Positions 37,717 through 50,990 are shown, counted from the first letter of the stretch. The stretch is 64,000 bases of DNA from Octopus vulgaris (GCA_951406725.2 OX597819.1:29450001-29514000); one strand, 5' to 3'. Numbers and translations are program-made. Notes: generated from the letters alone by a model not told the origin.

Positions 37717-38283
37717 AATTTCTAGAAGTGCCACTCCAAAACAGTTGAAGGAATCCGGGGTAGAGGTAGACCCAGGAAGACATGGGATGAGGTGGTCAAG
37801 CATGACCTTCGAACGTTGGGTCTCACAGAGGCAATGACGAAAGACTGAGACCTCTGGAGATATGCTGTGACTGCGAAGACCTGACAAATAACATGAGTTC
37901 ATGGCTGTTTCCTGCACCAGATTCACATAGAAGCCCCAGTCCATCCAAAGTACCTTGGATTGTAGGGTGACCTGCTCTGCTTGAGGAGACTTATTGAGTC
38001 AAGTACATCAACATAAAAAAAAAATCAAATGGAAATTGTAGTTGTGATACCTGTGCAAGTGGCACGTAAAAAGCACCAACCAATCATGGACGTTGCCAGC
38101 CTCCCCTGGCTGCTGTGCTGGTGACACGTAAAAAGCACCCACTACACTCACAGAGTGGTTGGCGTTAGGAAGAGCATTCAGCTGTAGAAACACTGCCAGA
38201 TCAGACTGGAGCCTGGTGCAGCCTTCTGGCTAACGAGACCCCAGTCAAACCATCCATGGAAAACAGACGTTAAACAATGATGA
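37717..38283 (+). mobile_element. RTE LINE 3' end: ORF C-terminus joined to the abundant 3' UTR repeat
   Basis: VEGIRGRGRPRKTWDEVVKHDLRTLGLTEAMTKD*DLWRYAV followed by the UTR and (gat)n tail. Confidence 0.85.
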
Positions 38284-38797
38284 AGTTCCTTTACAAGGTG
38301 GGGTGACCTGGGATTTATAGTTATAGATCGTTTCCTCATGGTTCACATGATGGGATTGAGCCCCTAAGTCATGTGGTTATAGAGTAAACTTCTTAAGCTC
38401 ATAAACAAAAAAAATTTTTTTAAATAGTCAACATGGATGAACAACCAATCCCAAGTAGTCAGGGTTCACAACATGGGTTGTAACAGCTTGCAAGACTTCC
38501 ATTCAGGTGATTTTCTTCAGTCATCATTTCACCCTTGTATGCCAATCAGTTACAATGTTAACCATTTACAGCTGGGTGGACGGGAGCAATGTGAAATAAG
38601 GTGCCACCAAGTCTGAGAACTGAACTCATGATCTAGCAACTGTGAATGCAACATCCTAACAACAATGCCACATGCCTTCACTAATCGATACAAAAGTAAA
38701 TTATCAATGAACGACTGTAACAAAGAATCAGAGTTACAGTTTGAAATAAGAATACCTTAATGTAAGCTTCTATTAAAGAAAACTTGGCTAAGTTTAT

Positions 38798-38963
38798 AGG
38801 CGTAAGAGTGGCTGTGTGATCAGTAGCTTGCTTACCAACCACATGGTTCCGGGTTCAGTACCACTGCGTGGCACCTTGGGCAAGTGTCTTCTAGTGTAGC
38901 CTCGAGCCGACCAAAGCCTTGTGAGTGGATTTGGTAGATGGAAACTGAAAGAAGCCTGTCGAA

Positions 38964-39022
<59 letters not shown>

Positions 39023-39235
39023 ATGTATGTTTGTGTGTCTGTGTTTGTCCCCTCAACATCACTTGAGAACCGAAGCTGGTGTGTTTACGTCCCCGTAACT
39101 TAGCATTTCAGCAAAAGAGACCAATAGAATAAGTAATAAGCTTACAAAGAATAAGTCCTGGGGTCGATTTGCTCGACTAAAGGCGGTGCTCCAGCATGGC
39201 CACAGTCACATGACTGAAACAAGTAGAAGAGTAAG
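38798..39235 (+). mobile_element. SINE family B, full length, CpG-retaining
   Basis: ggcgtaagagtggctgtgtg...ggcggtgctccagcatggccacagtcacatgactgaaacaagt. Confidence 0.85.
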
Positions 39236-40147
39236 TTAAGAGCAAGAAATTTCATTCAAGAAACTTCTGAACATTTCTCAAATAGATATATTTTCTTTTT
39301 CACCTAAGAAACCTATCTAATAATATGAAAGTTTCATGGACAAGAATTTGCACTTCAATAACTGTGGAGACAAGTTCAGTTAATATTATAATTGACAATA
39401 TAACTGGTTTTTTCAGTTAACACATATTTCGACACTTTTTAAAAAACTTTCTTTGGCTTTTGTGACAAGATAACCATTATCAGTGAAATAAGTGAAATAC
39501 TTAGAACAAAGGAAGAGAATAAACCTATAAATCCCTCCTCAGATAACTATTAACAAAAAAATAAATTTTTATTTTGGGATGGTAGCTTAGAGATATTACA
39601 GTAGACAATGGCTTAAAGGAAAATTAATTGTTGAAACAAAATAGAACTTTGGTGCTTGCTCTCTTGTTGTTTAGCTTCAGATCAGGTCTGACTGAGGAAA
39701 AATGATCAAAAACTTTTCAGCTGTGACTGTCTTTTTTGACTTTTTTTTTTGGTGCTGCGCAGTGTATTCAAAACCACATTAGCCGACCAATATGCCCTTC
39801 CTCCCTTTAAAATACTAGGATATTATTTGCAAGAGATTTGGCTGTTTCTTGTAGGTTGAATATATCAATTATACCAACCCTAGCACTTAACTGGTACATT
39901 GTTTCCATGCCTACACACAAAAAAGGACATTAAATGATGATAATGAGGAGGAGGATATATATGTTTGTTTTTATGTTCAGTTATAATAAAAACAATTTTC
40001 CATTAAACTGAAGGATTACTCTATAGTTTTGTAGATTTATTATTTTTTAAAAAGAATATTATTGACAAAGACTTCAAAGTTTCAGCTAGTTAAGACATTT
40101 AAGACTGCCAAATAATACATACACACACACAAATACATACATACAAA

Positions 40148-40745
40148 TCATTATCATCATCGTTTAACGTCCGCTTTCCATGCTAGCATGGGTTGGACGG
40201 TTCAACTGGGGTCTGGGAAGCCAGAAGGCTGCACCAGGCCCAGTCTGATCTGGCAGTGTTTCTAGAGCTGGATGCGCTTCCTAACGCCAACCACTCCGTG
40301 AATGTAGTGGGTGCTTTTTACGTGCCACCGGTACAGGTGCTAGAAGAGGCTGGCAATGACCATGATCGGAAGGTGCTTTTTATGTGCCACTGGCATGGAG
40401 GCCAGATGGGGCTGGCAACGGCCACAATCAGATGGTGCTTTTTACGTGCCACCGGCACAGAGGCCAGAGAGGGCGGCACTGGCAATGGCCATGTTCGGAT
40501 GGTTCTCTTACGTGCCACCAGCACTGGTATCACAACTACAATTTCCATTGAAGTTGATCGATTTCGATTCCCACTTGCCTCAACAGGTCTTCACAAGTAG
40601 AGTTTTGTGTCCCAAGAAGGAAAGGTATGCATAAGTGGACTGGCTACATCCCATGTAGAGGCCACGGGTTATGGTCTCACTTGTCCTGCCGGGTCTTCTC
40701 ACGCACAGCATACTTCCAAAGGTCTCGGTCCCTAGTCATTTCCAC
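40148..40745 (-). mobile_element. RTE-LINE 3' end with internal 62-67-bp tandem units
   Basis: Unit starts at 40310, 40372, 40434 and 40501. Confidence 0.8.
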
Positions 40746-40989
40746 AATATATATATATATAATGTGTGTGTGTGTGTGTCTAAGTGCCCCCCCCCCACCA
40801 CTGCTTGAGAAACAACGTTGGTTTATTTACATTCCTATAACTTAATGGTCTGGCAGAAGAGGTCAACAGAATAAGTACCAAGTTTAAGCTACTGGGGTCA
40901 ATTTGTTCAACTAAAAACTCTTCAAGGCAAGTGCTCCAGCATGACTTCAGTCCAATGACTGAAACAAATATATGATAAAAGATCATAGA

Positions 40990-41305
40990 TATTCCAAATT
41001 ACTTAATGAGCAAAACTTACAAATGAAGTGTAGTTGCAAGACTGATATGGAAAATATCATCACTCAACAACTCCATGAAGAGTCATCAGACTACCAATCT
41101 AAATTACAGCAACTGCCAAAATAAGGAGTTCTGCTTAGATAATTTAAGCAAAACTAAATCACTAGTCTACAATCTAACATTATCAATCCAAGATGACAAG
41201 CAATCTAATGAACCATACATTGGAATGTGTGAAAGCAGTTTCAAGACAGAGTACTTGAATTTCAGATACAGCATTATGAAGCCATACACAGAATTTGAAA
41301 GATAG
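40990..41305 (+). mobile_element. Second Penelope-like GIY-YIG fragment (decayed, different lineage)
   Basis: SNCQNKEFCLDNLSKTKSLVY...PYIGMCESSFKTEYLNFRYS resembles the CNC..K..C...K.LVY...YIG..E..FK.RY.NH..S pattern. Confidence 0.7.
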
Positions 41306-41820
41306 CAATATTACTAATTCTAATATTGCCTGAACTCTATGTGTGTATCAGAAAATATATACACTCTGTTCAAAGTTCTACAGGCTATGTAATGATGTAA
41401 ATGACATTATTCTCATCATAAAAAGTTGGTGTTGAGGTTACTTCCCTTGAGATTTAGAGCTGTAAGTAAAAGAAATCTAGAGTTACTGAGGTGTCTAATG
41501 CAGAATCTTATATGGTCATCCATGCTTGTATTGTATATGTTTCAAATATTGTGTTAGCTTCTCCATGGTAAAATGTGAGGATGGGTAAGTCATTAACATA
41601 TCTTGAGAAAGAAGGCATAGGACAGACGAGTAAGTATTAGAGGAAGGTGTCATAGTATCATCACTAGCTGCTACAAGAATAAGAGGGATGCAATAGAGAG
41701 ATGTACATACACCCAGACCTATATACACATACATGCATACATATATATACACCTATAAACACAAATACATACATATATATATACATATATATACATATAT
41801 ATATGTATATATATATATAT

Positions 41821-42317
41821 AACTCTGAGAGCATAGCTGCTAGAATAAGAATACGCTGGGAAAAAGTTCAGAGAGCTCCTACCACTGTTGGTAACAAAGG
41901 ACCTCTTGCTCAGAATGAAAGGTAGATTGTAAGATGCCTATGTGTGAATAGCCATGCTACATGTCAGTGAAACATGGGCTGTGACTGCTGAGGACATGCA
42001 TGGGCTTGTAAGGAATGAAGCTAGTATACTCTGCTGGATGTGTAATGTCAGTGTGCATGCACAATAGAATAAAAGTGTCAAGCATCAGATGTGGTGTGCA
42101 AGAGAGATGCTGGCATCAGGTCAATGGCACCTGTGCCGGTGGCACATAGAAAGCGCCCACTACACTCTCAGAGTGTTTGGTATTCGGGAGAGCATCCAGC
42201 CATAGAAACCTTGCCAAATCAGATTAGAACCTAGTACAGCCCCCAGCTTACCAGCTTTCAGTTAAACTGTCCAACCCATGCCAGCATGGAACGCGGACGT
42301 TAGACGATGATGATGAT
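41821..42317 (+). mobile_element. RTE LINE fragment, internally deleted, joined to its 3' UTR
   Basis: SESIAARIRIRW...AMLHVSETWAVTAEDMHGLVRNEASILCWMCNVSV with a frameshift and stops. Confidence 0.75.
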
Positions 42318-42800
42318 ACACACACAAATACACTCACATATATACACATACATATATTATACAATAAAGCAGAGCTTATATGAGCTGTAAAGGTTATCAA
42401 AAAGGTAATACACAAACTTATTTGCCTATATCAAGTAAAGAAAAATATTTTTGTGTGTATATTAAATAACAAAATAAGAACCATATTAGTTTTGGGTTTT
42501 TCATTCCAATGTGCAAGAATTGAGAAGTTAGGCTGGATATAAGAGGAAGCAGATGTAGTGTGCAAAAGAGAAAACTGTGTTGGACCTTGTTGAATATAAG
42601 GGATGTCTGTTGTATAAAGAAATGTCAAGTGCTTGAAGTGGATAAAACATGTAGAAATGGGAAACCCAGGAAAACTGGGACAAAATTTTAAGACTGATCT
42701 CAAGAAGCTGACTCACATGAAAGAAATGACAAAAAACTGTGATGAGTGGCAACCCTGCAGAGCTAGTGAAGACCCAGCTATTCATACAAGTAGGACATTA

Positions 42801-43218
42801 AGATCTTTTCGGTTTGAACGGCAGTTTTTTCTAGCGGTGTCATATGAAATTGTCACCCATAATTATGACCCTAGAATTGATCTATTGCATTTCAATCTCT
42901 TTTAGGGTTAGGGTTATGGGTGGGGGAAGGGTATCTTTTTTTCTTCACAAATGTAAATAAACCCAATCTGTTTCTTAAAAGAGGGACATATTCATACGGC
43001 ACAGAATGCTTTTTAACTCAATAGACGTCATTGATTGGTTGAAATAGCAGAAATTGGAGAGAAAAAAAACAACAAATAGCTTACAAACTATAGAATTTTC
43101 TCAATAAAGCCATGAGAAAAAGATGTTTTATAAACACATTCTACCAGTATACGAAGTTTAAAATTTTTTAGTTACCTAGAAATTATGTTAAAAATTGCCG
43201 TTCAAACCGAAAAGATCT
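42801..43218. mobile_element. Non-autonomous DNA transposon with ~29-bp TIRs and 8-bp TSD
   Basis: agatcttttcggtttgaacggca...tgccgttcaaaccgaaaagatct. TSD ggacatta at 42793-42800 and 43219-43226. Inserted in a decayed RTE tail (42510-43240). Confidence 0.9.
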
Positions 43219-43964
43219 GGACATTAAGATGATGATGGTGATTGGTGCATATGATGTCTTTATAATGGACCTCTTGCTCATTATATCCCTGTTAGGGCTC
43301 CATCTTACAGCTCCCTTGATTAATTCTCCCAACCATCACTCACCTTTTTTCCTATTCATAGTATCATGCTACTTGGGGAAATGAAGGGTGGCTTGGATCT
43401 GTTCATACTGAATCCTCCACTACCAACACTACCATCATCTTATATCAGTCTGCTCTCCAATAATGATGCCTGGGGAACGGGTATGACATTGGAACAGTTC
43501 ATATTCAATACCTTCAGCAATTACCTTTGTTCTCTTTCACCTATATCACTCTCCATTGATACCCACTACATACCTTTACTATCTCTATTGTTACCCATCA
43601 ACATTCTCTTTTACCATCACCCATTTTTGATATTTTGGAACCCTTCACTCTCCTTCACATTGCCCCTTCCCCAGTCATTCTACTTCTATTGACATACATC
43701 ATTCTCCCACATCCATTACTTTTGCTTTCCTCACTTCCTCTCAGTTTGTTATCTTTCACTGTATCTCTTCCATTACTCTCACTTCTACAACTCACCTATT
43801 CATCTGTCACATATCCTCTATCCTATTCACACTTCTGATCATAATATGCTTTGAATGAACAGAGACAACATAGAGTGCAGAGGATTCTTAAGTCTTATAG
43901 AGAACAAAGCAGCCTCTTTAGTGTTGGTTCCATGATGGGATATTCACCCATAGAAACCATAGTT

Positions 43965-44258
43965 ACTTTAGGAACACTCCGTCGCTTATGATGACGAGGG
44001 TCCCAGCTGATCAACAGAACAGCTTGCTCGTGAAATTAATGTGCAAGTGACTGAGCAATCCACAGACACATGTACCCCTAAGTGTGACAAGGCCGGCCCT
44101 TTGAAATACAGGCACAACTCATTTTTGCCAGATGAGTGGACTGGAGCAACGTGAAATAAAGTGTCTTGCTCAAGGGCACAACACATCGCCGGGAGTTGAA
44201 CTCACGACTTTGCAACTGTGAGCCGAATGCCCTAACCACTAAGCCATGCACCTTCACA
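43965..44258 (-). mobile_element. tRNA-derived SINE (family C-like head, different tail)
   Basis: Direct repeat agaaaccatagt on both flanks; opposite-strand relative at 47635-47930. Confidence 0.75.
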
Positions 44259-45034
44259 GAAACCATAGTAGAATGTTTAAGTAAGACATCATCTGTGACA
44301 TCTAGAAAAGAAGTAATTCAAAATATGAATTGCTTTAGACTGTGATGACACATTCAACATATATGAGTGAATCATCATTTTGCATCCATTTTCCAAGACA
44401 GGATAGTCAGATAATTAAATGCAAGTGGAAATGCATGGCTTAGAAGTTTGCTCTACAACCACATAATTCCAAAGTCATTCTGTCTTCAACAAGCTTTGGT
44501 TAAATGTCTTTCTATTGCAGCATCAGTCTCAACAATATTTTGTGTGTGAAATTCAGTAGTCAGAAACTATGTAAGAAGACTGTGCTTGATTAACTGTTTG
44601 GTTAGTTGATAGGTGAATATGCATGTAGATCTGTATGTAGGTAAGTACAGAGAAACAGACATAGAAGACAAATAAACAGAGAGAAAAACAAAGAGACGGA
44701 GAAATAGATAAATAGACAATCAGATAAGTGTGAGTACCAGTGTGATTGTATCTGTTTATGTTTCCATGGGTATAACATATTAGATAACATTGTTTTCCAA
44801 GATATAACTTAATCATTCAATAAATGGAAATTATAAAATAAGTATCAAGCTGAAATAAGTACTGAGTTTGATAAGGTTCACTTAAGCCGTTGAGGGTGGT
44901 GCCCCAGCATGACCACATTGAAACGCTTGAATGGAAAAGTTGATTGTTTTTAATCAAACATTTTACAGTGTTTTTTTTTTATATAGTTCTATCTACTTTG
45001 GGTTCCACCATTAAAAACAATTTCATATATATGT

Positions 45035-45069
<35 letters not shown>

Positions 45070-46501
45070 CAATATCGATATTGCACTTGAGATAACAGAA
45101 GTATCAATAGATCCATTACAGATATATAGAAAGAAATATTACCAATCAGATGTAAATTCTTTACTTCCCATTTTCGGTTTTTCTGATACTTTTAAATTAG
45201 ATTCATTAGATAGGCATTGTTATTAAACACAAAAGGATATTTTATATTATTGCATAATGGAAATCACTAACTCAAGGCAGATAAGCTATAGTAAAAAGTG
45301 GATATTCATTAGGAAAATATCTTAATTTCATTGGAAGTTTTTTTGGGGTTTCGTTTTTTTTTGTTTTTTTTGCCAAGAGTTCAATAATGAATTCCGTATT
45401 TTATTGCATTTGATGGTATACACTATGTACAGATTGCTATTACTATTTTAAATCTATATTTATCTAAACCCCACCCATACACACAAGAAAAATGAGGTAG
45501 TTTGCACCAAGTTATATAGTGCGATACGGAAATTTTACAAACATATTGCAAGGAAAATCAGTTCATTGTGTATGAAATAGAAATTTTCTATTACTAACCT
45601 GGGTACAAAGTCTCGAGTTTGAAAGAATATATATTATAGATTTACTTGTAGAAAAAAAAGAAGAAAAAACAAAAAAATTAGCACAGAAGAGAAGTATTTC
45701 AAATCTGAAATTCCCTATGTGGAAAATATATATAAAATTGATTTAAATGCTATTATTTTTGGCTTTATTTGCTTCAGTTATCTTGAAATTTATAAAAAAA
45801 ATTCTTATGATGTCTAAAACATACAATTCTCACTGGTAAAAATAGTTTCAAAAACAGATAGAGAAGTTCAAACGATTGCTTTGGTCCAATGGTAGATCAC
45901 CTCTCATGATTACATGAAATTTAGGTTCAAATCCCATAAGCAGCCTTCAACTCTTTCTATCCAAAGGGTTTTTAACCTGCTATTTACATGCTTTTACTTA
46001 TAGGTTTATTTGCTTTGAGATCTGCCGTTCCAAAGAGTAATTGTGGCTGTGTTAGTTTTATACATTTTAGAAAAACATCACATCCACAAACTGGGAGTAT
46101 ATTTCCTTGTCCTAAAAATGGCACAATATAATAATAATCTGGTTCAGTTATCTAGGCATGCTATGGTTGGTTTGTAGAGTGGGGGTACAGTACCAATGGC
46201 AGAGCAGTAGACCATCTTTCATGGAATCCTTGAGTTGTGGTGGTCTTTTGCTGAATCGCTAAGTTATGGGGATGTAAACAAACCAACACAGATGTGAAGC
46301 ATTGGGGGGAGGGGATAAGCACAAAAAGCTACTTTCAGTTTCTGTCTACCAAACCCATTCACAAGGCTTTGGTTGGCTTGATGTTATAATAGAAGACACT
46401 TGTCCAAGGTGCCACACACTGAGACTGATCCTGGAATTATGTGATTGAAAAGGAAATGTCTAACCAAATAGCCATGCCTGAGCATATGAACACAGCTACA
46501 C

Positions 46502-46544
<43 letters not shown>

Positions 46545-46859
46545 CTTTCTTACTTTTTTACCCCCTCAGAAACATAATATCTCGCATATGTGAAACAAAA
46601 TACTATTCTGCTATAACTACTAATTATTTATCGCCATTTGTAATGAAAGACAAATATTCCAACAGATCAATTAGCGAAATGCCATCTCCTTCAAATAGAA
46701 CAAACAAATGAGGTATTTCTGTAGAGGTGAAGCAATCACGGTTAACACAAACAAGTATCAGAGATTCTAAAATGATTTGTCATTTCAATAATCTGTTTAT
46801 AATCTTATCAACTAAACTCAAATCTTTTCAGAGTAAAAGAAAATAATTACAGAAACTCT

Positions 46860-47271
46860 CTTCACTCTTTTACTCTTTTATTTGTTTCAGTCATTTGTCT
46901 GTGGTCATGCTGGAGCACTGCCTTTAGTTGAGCAAATCGACTTATTCTTTGTAAGCCAAGTACTTATTCTATCGGTCTCTTTTGCTGAACCACTAAGTTA
47001 CAGGGATGTAAACACACCAGCATCGGTTGTCAAGCAATGTTGGGGAGACAAACACAGACACACAAACACATACACATACACACACACACACACATATATG
47101 TATACATATATACAACGGGCTTCTTTCAGTTTCCGTCTACCAAATCCACTCACAAGGCTTTGGTTGGCCCAAGGCTATAGTAGAAGACACTTGCCCAACG
47201 TGCCACGTAGTGGGACTGAACCCAGAACCATGTGGTCAGTAAGCAAGCTACTTAACACACAGCCACTCCTA
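46860..47271 (-). mobile_element. SINE family B, full length
   Basis: Same structure as other family B copies. Confidence 0.85.
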
Positions 47272-47603
47272 CGCCTACGTACACATATATTTATATACAT
47301 ATACACATCTAAATATACACAGCTAATAACAAAACTCTACATGCATGAGTAAGTAAATTCTAACAGTTAGCACTTCCCCAATCCATCTGGCCACAACCTA
47401 CCATACACCATATTTACCATTCAACAGAACTTGGGTTAAAGCCAAGAGGAACTCAAATGATGGCTTCGCTGGCCAAAACTCTGATGTCACTATCAACACC
47501 ATTCTTCTTACAAAATAATAAACTTGTACTCTACTAAAGGTATTAAATTATCCTTTAATTTAATGTAAAACTTTTATTATAACATACATTAATGCATATA
47601 TCA

Positions 47604-47636
<33 letters not shown>

Positions 47637-47944
47637 AGGACACATGGCTTAATGGTTAGGTTATTCAGGTCAAGAGTTCAATTCCTAGTGGTGCATTTTG
47701 TCCTTGACAAAGACAATTTATTTCACATTGATCCAGTCCACTTAACTGGAGTAGCACCTGTATTTCAAAGGGCCAGCCTTGTCACACTGTGTCACGCTGA
47801 ATCTCCCCGAGAACTATGTTAAGGGTACACATGTCAGTGGGGTGCTCAGCCATTTGCACATTAATTTCATGAGCAGACTGTTCTGTTGATCAAATCAAAT
47901 GGAACCCTCATCATCGTAACCAACAAAGTTGTTATTGTTCGTTC

Positions 47945-48230
47945 TCAAGCTGGCTCATAAGGGCCAGTTTCCTGGTTTCATTGCTGTAAAAGTTCCTCAC
48001 CTGAACAGGACGCCAGTCCATTGCCAGTGAGCTGCTAAATGCAGCAGAAAAGAGTGAGAGAAAGTCGTGGCGAAAGGGTCAGCAGAAATTCGCCATTATC
48101 TTCTGCCGGAGCCGCATGGAGCTTAGGTGTTTCACTCATAAAAACACGCATCGCCTGGTCTGAGTTTCAAACCTGCAATCCCTCGACTGTGAGTCTGCTT
48201 CTCTAACCACTAGGCCATGTGCTTCCACAA
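47945..48230 (-). mobile_element. SINE family D
   Basis: Homologous to 9907-10156 and 60143-60297. Confidence 0.8.
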
Positions 48231-48699
48231 CCAATAAAGTGCCACAGCTAGGTGATACAAAAAGGAACAAAACATCCAGATAGACGATACAAAGAAAACA
48301 AGGACGGGTCATTTGAAGTTTTCTTTCCTCAGTCAAGCACCAGATTATCCTCACAATTTCAGATAATTATTCTTCATATGTATGTATGTATGTATGCATG
48401 CATGCATGTATGCATTTGCTGAACTACTAAGTTTTGAGGACATAAATATACCAATAACAGCTTTCAAGGTGTGAGAGACAACAACATACGTAACAATACA
48501 CACACACAATTCATTCACATGACATTGGTTGATCCAGGGAGATAGGGTTATAGTAGAAGACACTTGCCCAAAGTGCCACACTGGGACTGAACCCGAAACC
48601 TTTGGTTGTGAAGCAAACGTTATATCTATCATATCAATACAGTCATTCCTGTACCTAGAATAAGTTTATTTTATTGTCATATTTATTCTTTTTTTTAAT

Positions 48700-49093
48700 A
48701 GGCACTGGAGTTGCTGTGTGGTATGTAGCTTGCTTACCAACCACAAGGTTCCCAATTCAGTCCCACTGCATGGCACCTTGGGCAAGTGTCTTCTACTATA
48801 GCTTTGGGCTGACCAAAGCCTTGTGAGTAGATTTGATAGACAGAAACTGAAAAAATTCCACCGTATGTGTGTGTGTGTGTGTGCATGTGTTTGTGTGTCT
48901 GTGTTTTCTCTCCACGAATGCATGACAACCGATGGTGTGTTCACGTCCCCATAACCTAGTGGTTTGGCAAAAGACACCAATAAAATAAGTACTAGGCTTA
49001 CAAAGAATAAGTCCTGGGGGTCAACTTGTTCGACTAAAGGTGGTGCTGCAGCATGGCCATGGTCAAATGATTGAAACAAATAAAAGAATAAAA
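48700..49093 (+). mobile_element. SINE family B, full length
   Basis: Same structure as other family B copies. Confidence 0.85.
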
Positions 49094-50990
49094 GAAAAGC
49101 TGAGACATATATTGAGAAAAAAAATGAAATCTTTCAAGGTGAGATGCCAGTAGAAAATCTTCAATAAAAGTAAACCATTTTTATGTATGGCCATTATAAT
49201 CTGCTACAGACCTTTCTCTTGAATTAAGTGGAGGACATTCAAAAACTTTGGAAAAAAGAAAAATTCAAACCAAGAATTCTAAGAAATCAAGTGTAAAAAG
49301 TGGTTATTTTCCTTCTTCAATTTTTTTTTTTCGCAGTCTGGTGGAAGTGGGTATTGCCCATGTGCTGTGCAGGCTCTCTGATGCCAGTGAGCTTGATGCT
49401 GTTAATGTTCTGGTTAAACTGTTGTAGATAAACACCTGCAGGAAAGACATGACCAGGAAGAAGACTGAAATGGTTCAATGTTCTGGGGTGGGGGGAAAAA
49501 AAGAGTGGACAAAGTGGTCAGAGTAGGAGCAGAGGTAAGAATTCAACAAGGGTCATGAGAGACGGAGAGACAAGTGGCTTGAAGGAGGGGGCCTAAGTGG
49601 TGAAAATACAAGACCAGTCTGCTCAGAGAAACTGAGGACGTTATAAAAGCAACAGAAAAGAGAGAGGAAACTTCACACGTGTTTGTCTAGAGGCTGAAGT
49701 GTGTCTGTTAGTGATTGAATGACTATCAATTGACTGGCTCTTCTCCGAGATGTGGAGCCTATATTCTATTGAGTTCTATTCCCATACCTGAGAAATTTGA
49801 AATGCAAATACATAGGGGTTAGGTGACAGAAATTTCTATAATTTGATGCAAACTTGGAAATATTCTCTTCTATAAAGGAGGATTAATTTCTTCTGGTCTT
49901 GACATTGATTTGCTTTTTTTCAAATATGTTATTTATATAATTATGAATTTTACTTAGAAAAGCAGATTTCTTCTAAATGTTTGATATGATAATAATAATA
50001 ATAAAGTTGTATGTAAATGGTATACTGAATACAAATCATAAAGCAATTTAATACAAGAAGGAAGTTCAATAGATAAGTGATAAACAAGATTTGAATATCA
50101 AATATAAATATTAAATCAGAGGCAATCATTTACCAAATAAGATTGACAAAAAGAAACAATTTTTTTTCTTTCTTTGCTGTATCAAAATATTCACAATACA
50201 AAGCTTATGATTTGTTAAGTTTTAATCTGAGCAAAATGAAAGAGATGGCCTAGATACCTAATATATTGATTTTATTGATTAGGTGGCAATTTAATCTTCT
50301 CCAAAGAAAGTGTTTTCCTCAAGACCAAAATGTTTTACATTGTAATGTGCATTGATATAAACTTGAAACAAAAGCAATTTAAACTACCTAAGTTAAGCAG
50401 ACTTTTACCCATTTAATCTGCAATTTCAAATAAACAGAAAATTAAGATATTCTGAAAGAGTGAGATGAGAATAACTGAGAGCAAAACGAAGAGATCTGAG
50501 AATGAGCTATGAAGCTAAGTGAAGCAACTAAGGTTTTATTTGTGCATAATTATAGTGGAAGTATATCAAAGAGAAATTAGCAGAATTAAGAAGCAGATGG
50601 TACTTACACCTAGTAACTAAAATCATGAAGTTGAGATTCAGAGTAGCTAGTCAAATCTAGAACTGGTAAACTTCTAGCTTGTGGAATATATGAAGAAAGT
50701 TTGAATTCCAGTTGAGTTGTTTTAATTTATCACTGTTTTGGGTCTTACAGTGATTTTTGGTCTTGAAAAATATGGGTTTTCAAAAGATTCACTTAACCTC
50801 ATTGCAACGTGAAAACAAAAGCTAGTGATGATTCAATAATCAAGTGTCATTAGATGTTTCATCTAAATTTACCAAAACCCAAAATGTTTAGCATTGTAAT
50901 GCATCTTAACATGAACGAGAAACAATAAACAGTACTTACAAGTTGCTGAAAATAACAGCAAAATCTGATAACACCCTACTGTCTTAAAAA

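Noticed and set aside
42900-42926. Interstitial telomere or chromosome fusion scar
   Set aside because: Only two exact TTAGGG units, and they are internal to a MITE.
48300-48345. Hammerhead-like CUGAGGA-aag-aaaa-cuu motif on the minus strand
   Set aside because: GAAA is absent and stem I does not pair.
50930-50960. 6-nt microexon on the minus strand (ttttcag|caactt|gtaagt)
   Set aside because: The acceptor side lies in a short repeat also seen near 2955 and 59875; no independent support.
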